Shown here one piece after another: positions 39,564-48,861 of a stretch of 64,000 bases of DNA (position 1 is the stretch's first letter; each line of letters starts with the position of its first letter). The stretch is from Candidatus Eremiobacteria bacterium. GTDB lineage: Bacteria; Vulcanimicrobiota; Vulcanimicrobiia; Vulcanimicrobiales; Vulcanimicrobiaceae. The DNA is taken from contig CAVWUU010000004.1 of NCBI GenBank assembly GCA_963758295.1, forward strand, positions 576,001 to 640,000. Direction: 5' to 3'. A model generated the notes under the pieces. That model was given only the letters and a program-made list of their open reading frames with translations. It was not told the DNA's origin and did not search any database. The translations under genes and the position numbers were made by a program.

Positions 39564-40345
39564 GCTTGTCGAAGGACGAGCGCATCTCACCAATGCTGAT
39601 ATGCGAACTGTTGCGTTTGAAACCGAGCGCGCATATCCGCATCGCTTGGTATGCGCCTGTGCTTCGACGGGGCTCAGGATGACGGGGGGAATTGTATGGA
39701 GCGCGCGTTTGCTGAGAGTGCGAGTTTCGTCATCCTGAGCTTGTCGAAGGACGAGCGTATCTCACCAATGCTGATAGGCGAACTGTTGCGTTTGAAAACA
39801 GAGCGCCACATATCCGCATCGCTTGGTATGCGCCTGTCCTTCGACGGGGCTCAGGATGACGGGGGAATTGTAGGAGTGCGAGTTTCGTCATCCTGAGCTT
39901 GTCGAAGGACGAGCGCACCTCACCGCTGCTGATATGCGAACTGTTGCGTTTCAAAGCCGAGCGCGCATATCCGCATCGCTTGGTATGCGCCTGTCCTTCG
40001 ACCGGGCTCAGGATGACGGGGGAAATTGTAGGAGGTGCGAGTTTCGTCATGCTGAGCTTGTCGAAGGACGAGCGCATCTCACCAATGCTGATATACGAAC
40101 TGCTGCGTTGGAAAACCGAGCGGCACATATCCGCATCGCTTGGTATGCGCCTGTCCTTCGACGGGGCTCAGGATGACGGGGGAATTGGAGGAGGGTGCGA
40201 GTTTCGTCATCCTGAGCTTGTCGAAGGACCAGCGCATCTCACCAATGCTGATATACGAACTGTTGCGTTGGAAAACCGAGCGGCACATATCCGCATCGCT
40301 TGGTATGCGCCTGTCCTTCGACGGGGCTCAGGATGACGGGGAAAT
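39553..40345. repeat. REP/REPIN-like tandem array 4 (five doublets, period 158-175 bp, TCCT variant on both arms)
   Basis: Unit starts 39554, 39729, 39887, 40046, 40206. Confidence 0.92.
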
Positions 40346-41299
40346 TATGTGTGGAGCGGCGGGTTTGCGGAGGAGGGTGCGAGTGGAGACGGCGATCTGC
40401 AGGGCCAGCACGAAGATTGCGCCGATGAGGAAGTAGAGCGCGCCGGTGTTATAGCGGGCGACGGGCGACTCGATCAACGGCGAGGCTTGAAGCGTCACCG
40501 CGATGCCGGCTATCGTGACAACGCTTGCGACGATGCGAAGAGCTTCATGGGCGGCGGCAAACTGAGGCCGCACGAAGAGCACGAGCGCAGATGCTGCGAG
40601 AATGGCGGTTCCGGCGATCGTGCCGATATACGCGCCGTGCCATGCGGGCGTGAGCGAAATTTGCATGGCTTGCAACGTGTTCCCCAAAACGGCGTCAAAC
40701 GGAATGTGATGCGGACGCGTGGCGTCGAGCAAGACAAGCAGTGCGAGAAAGTTGGCAATAAACTCGGCGATCGAAGACGTACGCGGAACCGGTGGCCTCG
40801 CATTCGGCGCAGGCAGCCGGCGCGGATCCCACTTCAGCGGGTTAAAAAGATTCGTGCGGTTCGGCGTGCGTTCGCTCAGCGCGAAGATGACCGTCACGAT
40901 GCCGAAGATCCAGATCAGCGAATTCCATGCGGCGCCAAGAGCTTCAAAGAATAAGAAGCCGTTGTGCGTTACGAGCGACGAGATTGCACCGGCCAGCAGC
41001 TCGATGGTGACGACGACGACCATCACGAGTCGCAGCGCGGAGAAATAGAACGGAAACGCTTCCGGCCCTACCAGATACTGCACGCGGTTATATCGTCCCG
41101 CGACGACGCGCGGGTGACCGTACGTTTTGAGAATTGCTGCCTGCTCTTCTTCGGTCAACGGCCGCCCAAGCGTTGACGAACGTTCATCAAACTGCGACTG
41201 CAAATCGTCGCCTATTTCTGCGACGATGTCGGCTACGGGCTGATCCTTCGGAAGGTCGTTTTGGACGGCATAAAGATAGCGATCGAGCATTGATGACAT
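40328..41299 (-). CDS. PadR-associated membrane protein (HAAS-like N-terminus)
   Basis: LDRYLYAV, DIVAEI, GHPRVVA, several TM segments, WDPRRLP. Confidence 0.75.
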   Translation of the reverse strand: MSSMLDRYLYAVQNDLPKDQPVADIVAEIGDDLQSQFDERSSTLGRPLTEEEQAAILKTYGHPRVVAGRYNRVQYLVGPEAFPFYFSALRLVMVVVVTIELLAGAISSLVTHNGFLFFEALGAAWNSLIWIFGIVTVIFALSERTPNRTNLFNPLKWDPRRLPAPNARPPVPRTSSIAEFIANFLALLVLLDATRPHHIPFDAVLGNTLQAMQISLTPAWHGAYIGTIAGTAILAASALVLFVRPQFAAAHEALRIVASVVTIAGIAVTLQASPLIESPVARYNTGALYFLIGAIFVLALQIAVSTRTLLRKPAAPHIISPSS

Positions 41300-41302
41300 G
41301 AA

Positions 41303-41657
41303 CTACGTCTCCGCGATGATCCGGTCGAGGGAAGCATTGATACGATGCAACTCGGCCGATAGTTGTTTGAAAATTTGCTCGCCGGCGGGCAGTAAACGGT
41401 AGAAGCGTTTGCGGCGCTTGTTCTCTTCTCGCCACTCGCTTCGCAGCAGTCCCTGGCTTTCGAGGCGGCGTAGCAGCGGGTAAAGGGTGCCCTCGTCGAT
41501 CTCGAGTCCCGCTTCCTCGAGGGCTTTACGCAGGGTGTATCCGTAGCGCTCGGTGCGCAGCTGAGACAGGACCGCGAGCGTCAGGCATCCCCGCCTCAAC
41601 TCCAGCCCGCAGATTCTCGAAGAGCCCCTGCGATGCGCCGTTCATACCGTTTCCCAT
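41303..41657 (-). pseudogene. PadR-family regulator with apparent +1 frameshift at 41606-41608
   Basis: LRRGCLTLAVL, YGY, EGTLYPLLRRLE; removing one G gives a continuous ...LFENLRLELRRG. Confidence 0.75.
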
Positions 41658-41681
41658 ATACTATGTGACACATAGTATATG
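41655..41681. promoter_or_regulatory. Perfect 13-bp inverted repeat, probable PadR operator
   Basis: CATATACTATGTG-A-CACATAGTATATG overlapping the padR start. Confidence 0.75.
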
Positions 41682-41715
41682 ACATACGGGCTCAGGTCAA
41701 GAGTGCCCAGAAGTG

Positions 41716-41747
41716 GATGCGCGCTCTTTCGACAGACTCAGGATGAC
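41716..41747 (-). repeat. Degenerate solitary REP-like copy
   Basis: ctttcgacagactcaggatgac. Confidence 0.7.
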
Positions 41748-41786
41748 CCGAGCGGGCGGAGGTATGATGGCGGCGGAGGGTTGGAT

Positions 41787-42728
41787 ATGCATCATCGCAT
41801 CAGGTCCGGCATTCAGGCGCCAAAGTGGCCGAGCTATACCGGAACGTCCCAATACGTTGGAACAAGCACGAACGGTCGCGTGATCGTCTTTGTCGATCCG
41901 TCGCTCGGCGCGCCGGCGTTGACGAACGCGCAGGACCTCGTGAAAGACGCGACACGCATTTCAACCGACAATGACGCGTTCTTCGGCACGACGGGCGGGA
42001 CGGTAAACGCGATCGTCTTCGCGCTTGGCGGCGCGACGGATGGAACCGGTGGTGCAGATCATATGGGCTGCACGTTTCAGACCGGCCAGAACATCGAAGT
42101 CTGCGCTTCGTTTGGAAATTCCGCTCGAGTGTCGGCGCTGTTTGAAGCCGAGCTCAGCGAGTGCTCGATGAACAACAACCTCTGCGGTTTGAGTACGGGC
42201 GAAGCCCTATCGCGTTGGTGCGCCTTCATCGTCAGCAACAACGCGCTCGCCGATTTCGCAACCGCGCCGACGTGGGCGCAGGACGGCATGCCGGACTTCG
42301 TCACTAAAACCGACCCGACGGATCAAAATGCGGACAGTACCGGCTGTGGCATGGCCTTTCTCTCCTGGTTGCTAAGCAAAGGGCAGGCGATCGATGCGAT
42401 CGCGCCCGCGATGGTGCAACTCGGCGATAGCGGGACGCTCGCGCAGTTATACGCCAAGCTAACGGGGGATTCGCAAACTAACGCGTGGCCGGCATTCTCC
42501 GCGGCGGTTAAAGCGCTTGCCGGCGGCGTGACGTCGGACGATCCGTTCAACGGCGCGCCTCGCTCCGCAACCCTCGAATCGATCTCGGCACGCGCGGTGG
42601 AGACGGCCGGGCGCATCTTCTCCGCCGTTCTCGGAGACGTGCTCGCGGGGCACGAAGAAGAACAGATCGGCAAGCGAATTCACTCGGAGATCGGAAATGC
42701 CGGGGCGCCGCACCCGTTGCGGCCATAG
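41787..42728 (+). CDS. Hypothetical protein
   Basis: GGAGG upstream of ATG 41787; protein-like composition; motifs GGADH, AELSE, GEALSR. Confidence 0.7.
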   Translation: MHHRIRSGIQAPKWPSYTGTSQYVGTSTNGRVIVFVDPSLGAPALTNAQDLVKDATRISTDNDAFFGTTGGTVNAIVFALGGATDGTGGADHMGCTFQTGQNIEVCASFGNSARVSALFEAELSECSMNNNLCGLSTGEALSRWCAFIVSNNALADFATAPTWAQDGMPDFVTKTDPTDQNADSTGCGMAFLSWLLSKGQAIDAIAPAMVQLGDSGTLAQLYAKLTGDSQTNAWPAFSAAVKALAGGVTSDDPFNGAPRSATLESISARAVETAGRIFSAVLGDVLAGHEEEQIGKRIHSEIGNAGAPHPLRP

Positions 42729-42750
42729 CTTCGCTACGTAGGACCGGCAC

Positions 42751-44247
42751 CTAATAGAGCGCAAGACCGGCGAGTTCAGGGGTATCGCGTGCATCGAGAA
42801 TTCGGACGCGCACGCCGTTGGTCTCGACGGGCTTCTGCAACTGGAGGAGCCGCTTGTAGCCGACGGTCGTTCCGCTCGCGATTTGGCGCCACGTGCTGCC
42901 GTCGCGAGCGTCCACGGCAAAGCGCGCAATGCGCTGGCCGTCGGCGATGCGTTCGCGGAGCTCGATCGTACGAATCATCACGCTGCGCTCGAGCGAAAAT
43001 GTATCGGTCGCTCGAGCGCCGTCGACGGACTCGTGCCGGATCGCGCCGCGAGCGAGATCATTTGCAAACGCATCGCGAATCCACGAATGGAACTGTTGCA
43101 GGCGCGCGATGTCGGCTGCATCGAAGCGGCCGCTGCGATCGGGCGGCACGTCGAGCAGCAGTTGGCAATTTCGGCCGATCGACGCAAAGTAGATACCTTG
43201 AAGCGCACCGAGCGATTTGGGCTGCGCGCGAGGATGCCAAAACCACCCGGGCTCCAAAGGAACGTCGCACTCGGAAGGCATCCAGCGCAGAAGCCGCGTC
43301 TTGGGATTGGTCAGCGTAGCATCGTTTCCGAGCGCGTCGCTCGTCGGATCGACGACGTGCGTCGATTGATCCGCCACCGGCGGTCCGGTAAGCGGAATAA
43401 CGCTCCATTGAGAGAGACGCGCATGGCCTTCTTCGTTCCCGACCCAATTTAAGTCGATCGGAAAGATTACTGCATTGGGCTGTAACGCGTGAACGACGGT
43501 GTACCAAGCGGTGAAGTCGTACGGTTGAACGCGGCCGCTGTCTTTCAACGGGTTCGCCCCATCGAACCACACTTCTTCGACCGGACCGTACTGCGTGAGC
43601 AGTTCGTAGAGTTCGTTGAGGTAGTATGCGTTGTAATCATCGAGATCGAAATGAAAACGGCGAGCCGGCCTGCGATTGTCGCCCGCGGTCAAGGTCGGAA
43701 TTTCACGCGGTTTTTTTGCGCTGCCGTTTGCAAAAACGCCACCGGGCTGCGCTTGGTAAAGGTCGGCCGGCGAAAGATAGAAGCCGACTTTTAACCCGTA
43801 TTTGTGTGCCGAGGCCACGAATGCGCCGACGAGATCTCCTCGACCGCCGCGCCACCGGCTCGACTTCACCGAATGCCGCGTATATCGCGATGGCCATAGC
43901 ACGAACCCGTCGTGATGCTTCGTAACGAGAATGACTTTCTTGAACCCGGCCTCTTTCAACGATCGCGCCCATTGATCCGTATCGAGCGACGACGGGTTAA
44001 AGACGTCGGGATCCTCTTTTCCGGTTCCCCATTCGCGATTTGTGAACGTGTTGGGACCAAAATGAATAAAGGCCGTTAGCTCTTCGTGCTGCCACTCCAG
44101 TTGCCGCGCGTCCGGCGTAATGTGAGCCGCAGTTGTTATGACGGCTTGGGGCGAGCGGTTCGCATTAGGCGCTTGTCCTTCGACAAGCTCAGGATGACGG
44201 GGAAGCGCGGCGAGCAGCAGCAGAGCGACGACGATAAACGGCCGCAC
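42751..44247 (-). CDS. Alpha-L-fucosidase GH29 with C-terminal F5/8-like domain
   Basis: AFIHFGPNTF, TKHHDGF, YLSPAD, VWFDGA, PSECDV, GWFWH; signal peptide from GTG 44247. Confidence 0.93.
   Translation of the reverse strand: MRPFIVVALLLLAALPRHPELVEGQAPNANRSPQAVITTAAHITPDARQLEWQHEELTAFIHFGPNTFTNREWGTGKEDPDVFNPSSLDTDQWARSLKEAGFKKVILVTKHHDGFVLWPSRYTRHSVKSSRWRGGRGDLVGAFVASAHKYGLKVGFYLSPADLYQAQPGGVFANGSAKKPREIPTLTAGDNRRPARRFHFDLDDYNAYYLNELYELLTQYGPVEEVWFDGANPLKDSGRVQPYDFTAWYTVVHALQPNAVIFPIDLNWVGNEEGHARLSQWSVIPLTGPPVADQSTHVVDPTSDALGNDATLTNPKTRLLRWMPSECDVPLEPGWFWHPRAQPKSLGALQGIYFASIGRNCQLLLDVPPDRSGRFDAADIARLQQFHSWIRDAFANDLARGAIRHESVDGARATDTFSLERSVMIRTIELRERIADGQRIARFAVDARDGSTWRQIASGTTVGYKRLLQLQKPVETNGVRVRILDARDTPELAGLALY
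44169..44199 (-). repeat. REP copy located in frame inside the GH29 gene
   Basis: gcgcttgtccttcgacaagctcaggatgacg, translated as RHPELVEGQA. Confidence 0.9.
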
Positions 44248-44251
44248 GAAG

Positions 44252-46024
44252 TTACTTCCAAGTAACCTTGAACGTCCACGCGTATTCGCCGCTTGCGCGT
44301 GCGGCGGCCGGGACGTCGACGAGAATGTCCTGCCCATAGCGATGCCATTTTAGCGCCGCGCCGTGGTAGCCAAGCAGTTCGATCGTGTCGCGGTCGGCGA
44401 TCGGAATCGGTTGATGAATTTCCAGCGTCGCGAGCGGACGCTCGAGCGAAGTAACGTAAAACGCCTTGTTCTGCGCTACGGTGAAGCGAAGGTTCCCATC
44501 TTGTGACGTGCGCCACCAGTAGTGCGTGCCGTAAATCGCTTCGCCGTTCGTGCGCAACCACCGGCCGATATCGCGCAAACGCGACTGCATGATGTCCGGA
44601 ATCGTGCCGTCGGCCTTCGGACCGATGTCGAGTAAGAAGTTTCCGTTCTTACTAACCATATCCACCAGGAAATGCACCAACTCGGCGCTGGTTTTATAGT
44701 CCTTGGGCTGTTCCGCGGCGTTGTAGCCGTACGAATACCCCATACCGCGACTGGCTTCCCACTTCTTCGCGCGCGTTTCGTCGTACGTCGTGTATTCGGG
44801 CGTGGAAAAATCGAAGACGACGTTCTTATTTTCGTCGTCGCCGCCCGTGACGCGACAGCGGTCGTCGATTGCGACGCCTTCATTGCGCGCGCGAGCTTGA
44901 TTGTAATAATGCGCGAAGAGGCCGGCGTCGTGCCAGTACTCCGAGGGCTTGTCCCATTCGCCGTCACACCAGATGATCGCCGGATGGTACTTGTCGACGA
45001 TTTCGTACATCTGCGGAAGCATATGCTGATCGACGTAATTGGTAATCGGCTTCATACCCGTGTACGGAATCGGTTTGCCGCTATACCACTGTGCGACAGG
45101 CTTGCCCGTATAAGCGGGGTTATACCATTCGTAAAGCGAGTAGTAGAGGCCCGGATGTAAATCTTCCGGATGGTACTTCCGCGCTGCATCGAACAGCGCG
45201 CCGACGAGGTCGCGATGCGGTCCCAAGTCGACGGCGTTCCGGCCGGTCGTCGCGGTTTGAAAGAGCGCAAAGCCTTCGTGATGCTTCGATGTCAGCACGA
45301 AATACCGGGCACCGGCTTCGTGAAACAAATCGACCCATGCTTTGGGATCGAAATGCGATGCGGTGAACTGCGGGATGAAGTCGTCGTATGTCGAGTTCAT
45401 ACCGAACAGTGCGAGCTGGTGCTTGTAATCGACGGAGTCTTTTTCGTGAATGGAATGCCAGTACCACTCCGCGTAATCGCCCACGCGGCTGAACGCAGGC
45501 ACAGAATAAACTCCCCAGTGAATGAAGATGCCGAACTTTGCATCATCGTACCAGTCGGGTGCTTCATGCGTTTTTAGCGACGCGCCGTCGGCGGTGTACG
45601 CCTGCACGCCAAGCGTGAGCGGTACGTGTTTGACGATCGGATTCTTTTGCCCATCGTCCGCAACCACCGTTCCATCGGTTTCCGTCCCGGCTGCAGCGCC
45701 CGAGTCGTTCACGATGCCGATTTCGACGAAGGCACGCTCGCCGGGACCGAGGCGCGTGATTTGCGCCGGAACGACGGTCCGAGCGCCCTTCGCATCGACG
45801 TGCAGGGTTACCGCATGCGCCGGATCGATCCAACCATCGGTATCGTTTTCGTACGTCGCTTCCACGAATTGCACGCGTGCGCCGTTGACGATCCGTTCTT
45901 TCGTCGTCGAACGCGCATCGACGATCGATCCGCGTTCGGCCGCCGCGCCGTTGAGCGGCGCCAGGACCGCCGGCAGCAACAGCGCCGCAAGAAGCGCCGG
46001 TTTTATGGAGTTTTTCGCAGCCAT
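44252..46024 (-). CDS. Alpha-L-fucosidase GH29
   Basis: KFGIFIHWGVYSVPA, YAEWY, TSKHHEGF, IWCDG, VSKNGNFLL; signal peptide. Confidence 0.95.
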   Translation of the reverse strand: MAAKNSIKPALLAALLLPAVLAPLNGAAAERGSIVDARSTTKERIVNGARVQFVEATYENDTDGWIDPAHAVTLHVDAKGARTVVPAQITRLGPGERAFVEIGIVNDSGAAAGTETDGTVVADDGQKNPIVKHVPLTLGVQAYTADGASLKTHEAPDWYDDAKFGIFIHWGVYSVPAFSRVGDYAEWYWHSIHEKDSVDYKHQLALFGMNSTYDDFIPQFTASHFDPKAWVDLFHEAGARYFVLTSKHHEGFALFQTATTGRNAVDLGPHRDLVGALFDAARKYHPEDLHPGLYYSLYEWYNPAYTGKPVAQWYSGKPIPYTGMKPITNYVDQHMLPQMYEIVDKYHPAIIWCDGEWDKPSEYWHDAGLFAHYYNQARARNEGVAIDDRCRVTGGDDENKNVVFDFSTPEYTTYDETRAKKWEASRGMGYSYGYNAAEQPKDYKTSAELVHFLVDMVSKNGNFLLDIGPKADGTIPDIMQSRLRDIGRWLRTNGEAIYGTHYWWRTSQDGNLRFTVAQNKAFYVTSLERPLATLEIHQPIPIADRDTIELLGYHGAALKWHRYGQDILVDVPAAARASGEYAWTFKVTWK

Positions 46025-46674
46025 TCTTCGACACCCACGATGTGAATGGTCGCCCAGGAACGCGCCGTCTCGGGATTGCGCTCCGCGACGCCTTGGTAAA
46101 TCATTTCATGTTCGTGCAGCGAACGTTCGAGCGCCGCTTCTTCCGTGAAACCGCGGATGATTCGGGCGCGCGTGGTAGGGGCAACCAGACCGTCGAGGAT
46201 GGAACAAAGCACGGGATTCCCGGAGCCTTCCGCCAGGGTGCGGTGAAAGGCCATGTCTTGATGGATGAATTGCTCGACCGGAAGATCGACGTGCGTTTCG
46301 TTGAGAATTTTTTTCAGCGCGGCGATCTCGGCCTTGCCCATGCGCGTCGCTGCCATCGCCACTGCGGACGGTTCCAAAATGCGGCGCACTTCGAACAGCT
46401 GCAACAGCGTGCTGTCGCGATGGAAGTCGAGAACGAACTTCACCGCCTCGAGCAGCAGCTCGGGTTGTAGGCTCGTAACGTAGGTGCCGTCGCCTTGCCG
46501 CACATCGAGTACGCGAATGAGCGAGAGCGCTCGCACTGCTTCGCGTAGCGAATTGCGCGACAAGCCCAAGCGCTCGGCGAGTTCGGCTTCTTTAGGAAGC
46601 TTGTCCCCCGGTCCGAGTTCGCCCGAGAGGATCATGTCTTTGATCTTCTCGATCGCCTCGTCGGTTAACGCCAT
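46003..46674 (-). CDS. FadR/GntR-family regulator
   Basis: GDKLPKEAELA, SRNSLREAVRAL, RQGDGTYV, DMAFH. Confidence 0.95.
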   Translation of the reverse strand: MALTDEAIEKIKDMILSGELGPGDKLPKEAELAERLGLSRNSLREAVRALSLIRVLDVRQGDGTYVTSLQPELLLEAVKFVLDFHRDSTLLQLFEVRRILEPSAVAMAATRMGKAEIAALKKILNETHVDLPVEQFIHQDMAFHRTLAEGSGNPVLCSILDGLVAPTTRARIIRGFTEEAALERSLHEHEMIYQGVAERNPETARSWATIHIVGVEEWLRKTP

Positions 46675-46707
46675 ACAGCTAGCCTTTCTCGAAGCAAAAC
46701 AGTCCTA

Positions 46708-46784
46708 ACATCGGATTTATGGACGAGTACGCCCCTGGCTCGTTCCGCTCTTTCGCCGGACAAGGGCAAATTCATCCGATGAAT
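46708..46784. promoter_or_regulatory. Two FadR-type operator candidates
   Basis: ATTCATC-C-GATGAAT 46770-46784 and ACATCGGATT 46708-46717 in the divergent intergenic region. Confidence 0.6.
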
Positions 46785-46797
46785 AACGTCCCCGGCC

Positions 46798-48111
46798 ATG
46801 GGTGCAGCGTTCACCGCGGGGCGCACGTTCGACGTCCGCTTCCCGACCTCGGCTCAAGCGCACGGGTCCGACGCCATGAACGTGGACCCCGACTACTCCG
46901 CGTCCTACGTCATCCTCTATACAGATGCCGGCGACGGCCTTCAGGGCCACGGCTTCGCTTTCACGATCGGCCGGGGCAACGAGATCCAGCTCGCAGCCAT
47001 CCGAGCGCTTCTTCCCTTGGTGATTGGTGTATCGGTCGATGACGTTTGCTCCAATATGGGTGCTTTCGCCCGCCGCCTGCACGCTGACAGTCAATTGCGC
47101 TGGCTCGGCCCGGACAAGGGTGTAATGCAGATGGCGATCGCCGCCGTGCTGAACGCGGTGTGGGATCTCGCCGCGAAGCGCGCCGGGAAACCGCTGTGGC
47201 AGCTGCTTGCCGATCTTTCGCCGGCGGAGATCGTCGAACTCGTCGACTTCCGCTATTTGCGCGACGTGCTTACGCCGCAAGAAGCGATCGCTATGCTCGA
47301 ACGTCACGCCGCAAGCCGCTCGGAGCGCATCGCCGCTCTGGAAAAGCGCGGCTTCCCCGCCTACACAACCTCGCCGGGATGGATCGGTTACGACGACACT
47401 CAGCTCGCCGACGCATGCCGTACCGCCGTCGAAGCCGGTTGGGAGCAAATCAAAATCAAAGTCGGCGGCGACTTGGATGCCGATGTACGCCGGTGCGGAA
47501 TCGCGCGCTCGGTGCTCGGACCGCAGCGCCGCCTGATGGCCGACGCAAACCAACGCTGGAGTTGCGGTGAAGCGATAGACGCCTGCGCGAAGTTCGCGCC
47601 GTTCGACCTTTGGTGGATCGAGGAGCCGACACATCCAGACGACGTGCTGGCGCACGCGAAGATTGCCAAGGCAGTCGCGCCGGTGCGAGTAGCGGCGGGC
47701 GAACATCTTCCGAACGCGATTGCGTTCAAGCAGTATTTCGAAGCCGGGGCTTCACGCATCGCTCAAGTTGATGCGTGCCGTTCCGGCGGCGTCAACGACG
47801 TGATCGCGACGCTTCTTCTCGCGGCAAAGTTCGGTATTCCGGTTTGCCCGCACGCGGGCGGTGTTGGATTATGCGAGCTTGCACAACATATTTCCATTTT
47901 CGATTACGTCGTGCTCGGCGGATCGCTCGAGGACCGCATGCTCGAGTTTGTCGATCATCTGCACGAGCATTTCGTCGATCCGGTTCGGATCGACCGCGGA
48001 CGATATGCCATGCCGCATGCGCCCGGATTCAGCTCCGAGATGCGGGCCGAATCCATCGAACGCTACGCCTTCCCCGGCGGCCCGGTGTGGCGTGAAGCGG
48101 TCGCGCCATGA
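46798..48111 (+). CDS. L-fuconate dehydratase (enolase superfamily)
   Basis: DVRFPTS..GSDAMN.DPDYS, FTIGRGN, KIKVG, DANQ, IEEPT, CPHAGGVGLCE. Confidence 0.93.
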   Translation: MGAAFTAGRTFDVRFPTSAQAHGSDAMNVDPDYSASYVILYTDAGDGLQGHGFAFTIGRGNEIQLAAIRALLPLVIGVSVDDVCSNMGAFARRLHADSQLRWLGPDKGVMQMAIAAVLNAVWDLAAKRAGKPLWQLLADLSPAEIVELVDFRYLRDVLTPQEAIAMLERHAASRSERIAALEKRGFPAYTTSPGWIGYDDTQLADACRTAVEAGWEQIKIKVGGDLDADVRRCGIARSVLGPQRRLMADANQRWSCGEAIDACAKFAPFDLWWIEEPTHPDDVLAHAKIAKAVAPVRVAAGEHLPNAIAFKQYFEAGASRIAQVDACRSGGVNDVIATLLLAAKFGIPVCPHAGGVGLCELAQHISIFDYVVLGGSLEDRMLEFVDHLHEHFVDPVRIDRGRYAMPHAPGFSSEMRAESIERYAFPGGPVWREAVAP

Positions 48112-48854
48112 GTGAATTTGAAGGGTTGCGCGCGATAGTGACCGGTGCCGGTTCGGGCATCGGCCTCGCAACGGCACAACTCCTCGCGCAGCGCGGTGGG
48201 CGCGTAGCCGCCGTCGATCGCGATCCGTCGCCGGCTACGGAACCGCTGCTGGCAGTCGTAGCGGACGTGCGGGATCAGCGATCGCTCGATGCGTGCGTCG
48301 CTCGAGTCGTCGAGCGCTTCGGCGGTCTCGACATCTTGGTCAACAACGCCGGCATCGGCGCGACGGGCACCATCGTCGATAACGACGATGAAGAGTGGCG
48401 CACGGTTTTCGACGTGAACGTCCTGGGCATCGCGCGAATGATGCGAGCTGCGCTCGAACCGCTTCGCCGCTCGGACCATGCAAGCGTCGTGAATACGTGT
48501 TCGATTGCGGCGACGGCCGGTTTACCGAGTCGCGCACTCTATTCGGCTAGTAAAGGCGCCGTGCAGTCGTTGACGCTAGCAATGGCAGCCGATCATCTCG
48601 CCGACGGCATCCGCGTCAATTGCGTAAACCCCGGCACGGCGGACACGCCGTGGGTCGCGCGTCTTCTGGCTAATGCGGGAGATCCTGAAGCGGAACGCCG
48701 CGCGCTCGAAGCACGCCAGCCGATGGGACGGCTTATCTCGCCCCAGGAAGTTGCCGAAGCAATTGCTTATTTAGCGAGTCCGCGCAGCGCTTCAACCACT
48801 GGAACCGTTCTTGCCGTCGACGGGGGAATGCATGGATTGCGCTTGCGAAAGTGA
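48108..48854 (+). CDS. SDR, probable 2-keto-3-deoxy-L-fuconate dehydrogenase
   Basis: TGAGSGIG, NNAG, YSASK, VNPGTADTPW; context. Confidence 0.85.
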   Translation: MSEFEGLRAIVTGAGSGIGLATAQLLAQRGGRVAAVDRDPSPATEPLLAVVADVRDQRSLDACVARVVERFGGLDILVNNAGIGATGTIVDNDDEEWRTVFDVNVLGIARMMRAALEPLRRSDHASVVNTCSIAATAGLPSRALYSASKGAVQSLTLAMAADHLADGIRVNCVNPGTADTPWVARLLANAGDPEAERRALEARQPMGRLISPQEVAEAIAYLASPRSASTTGTVLAVDGGMHGLRLRK

Positions 48855-48861
48855 TCGCGCT

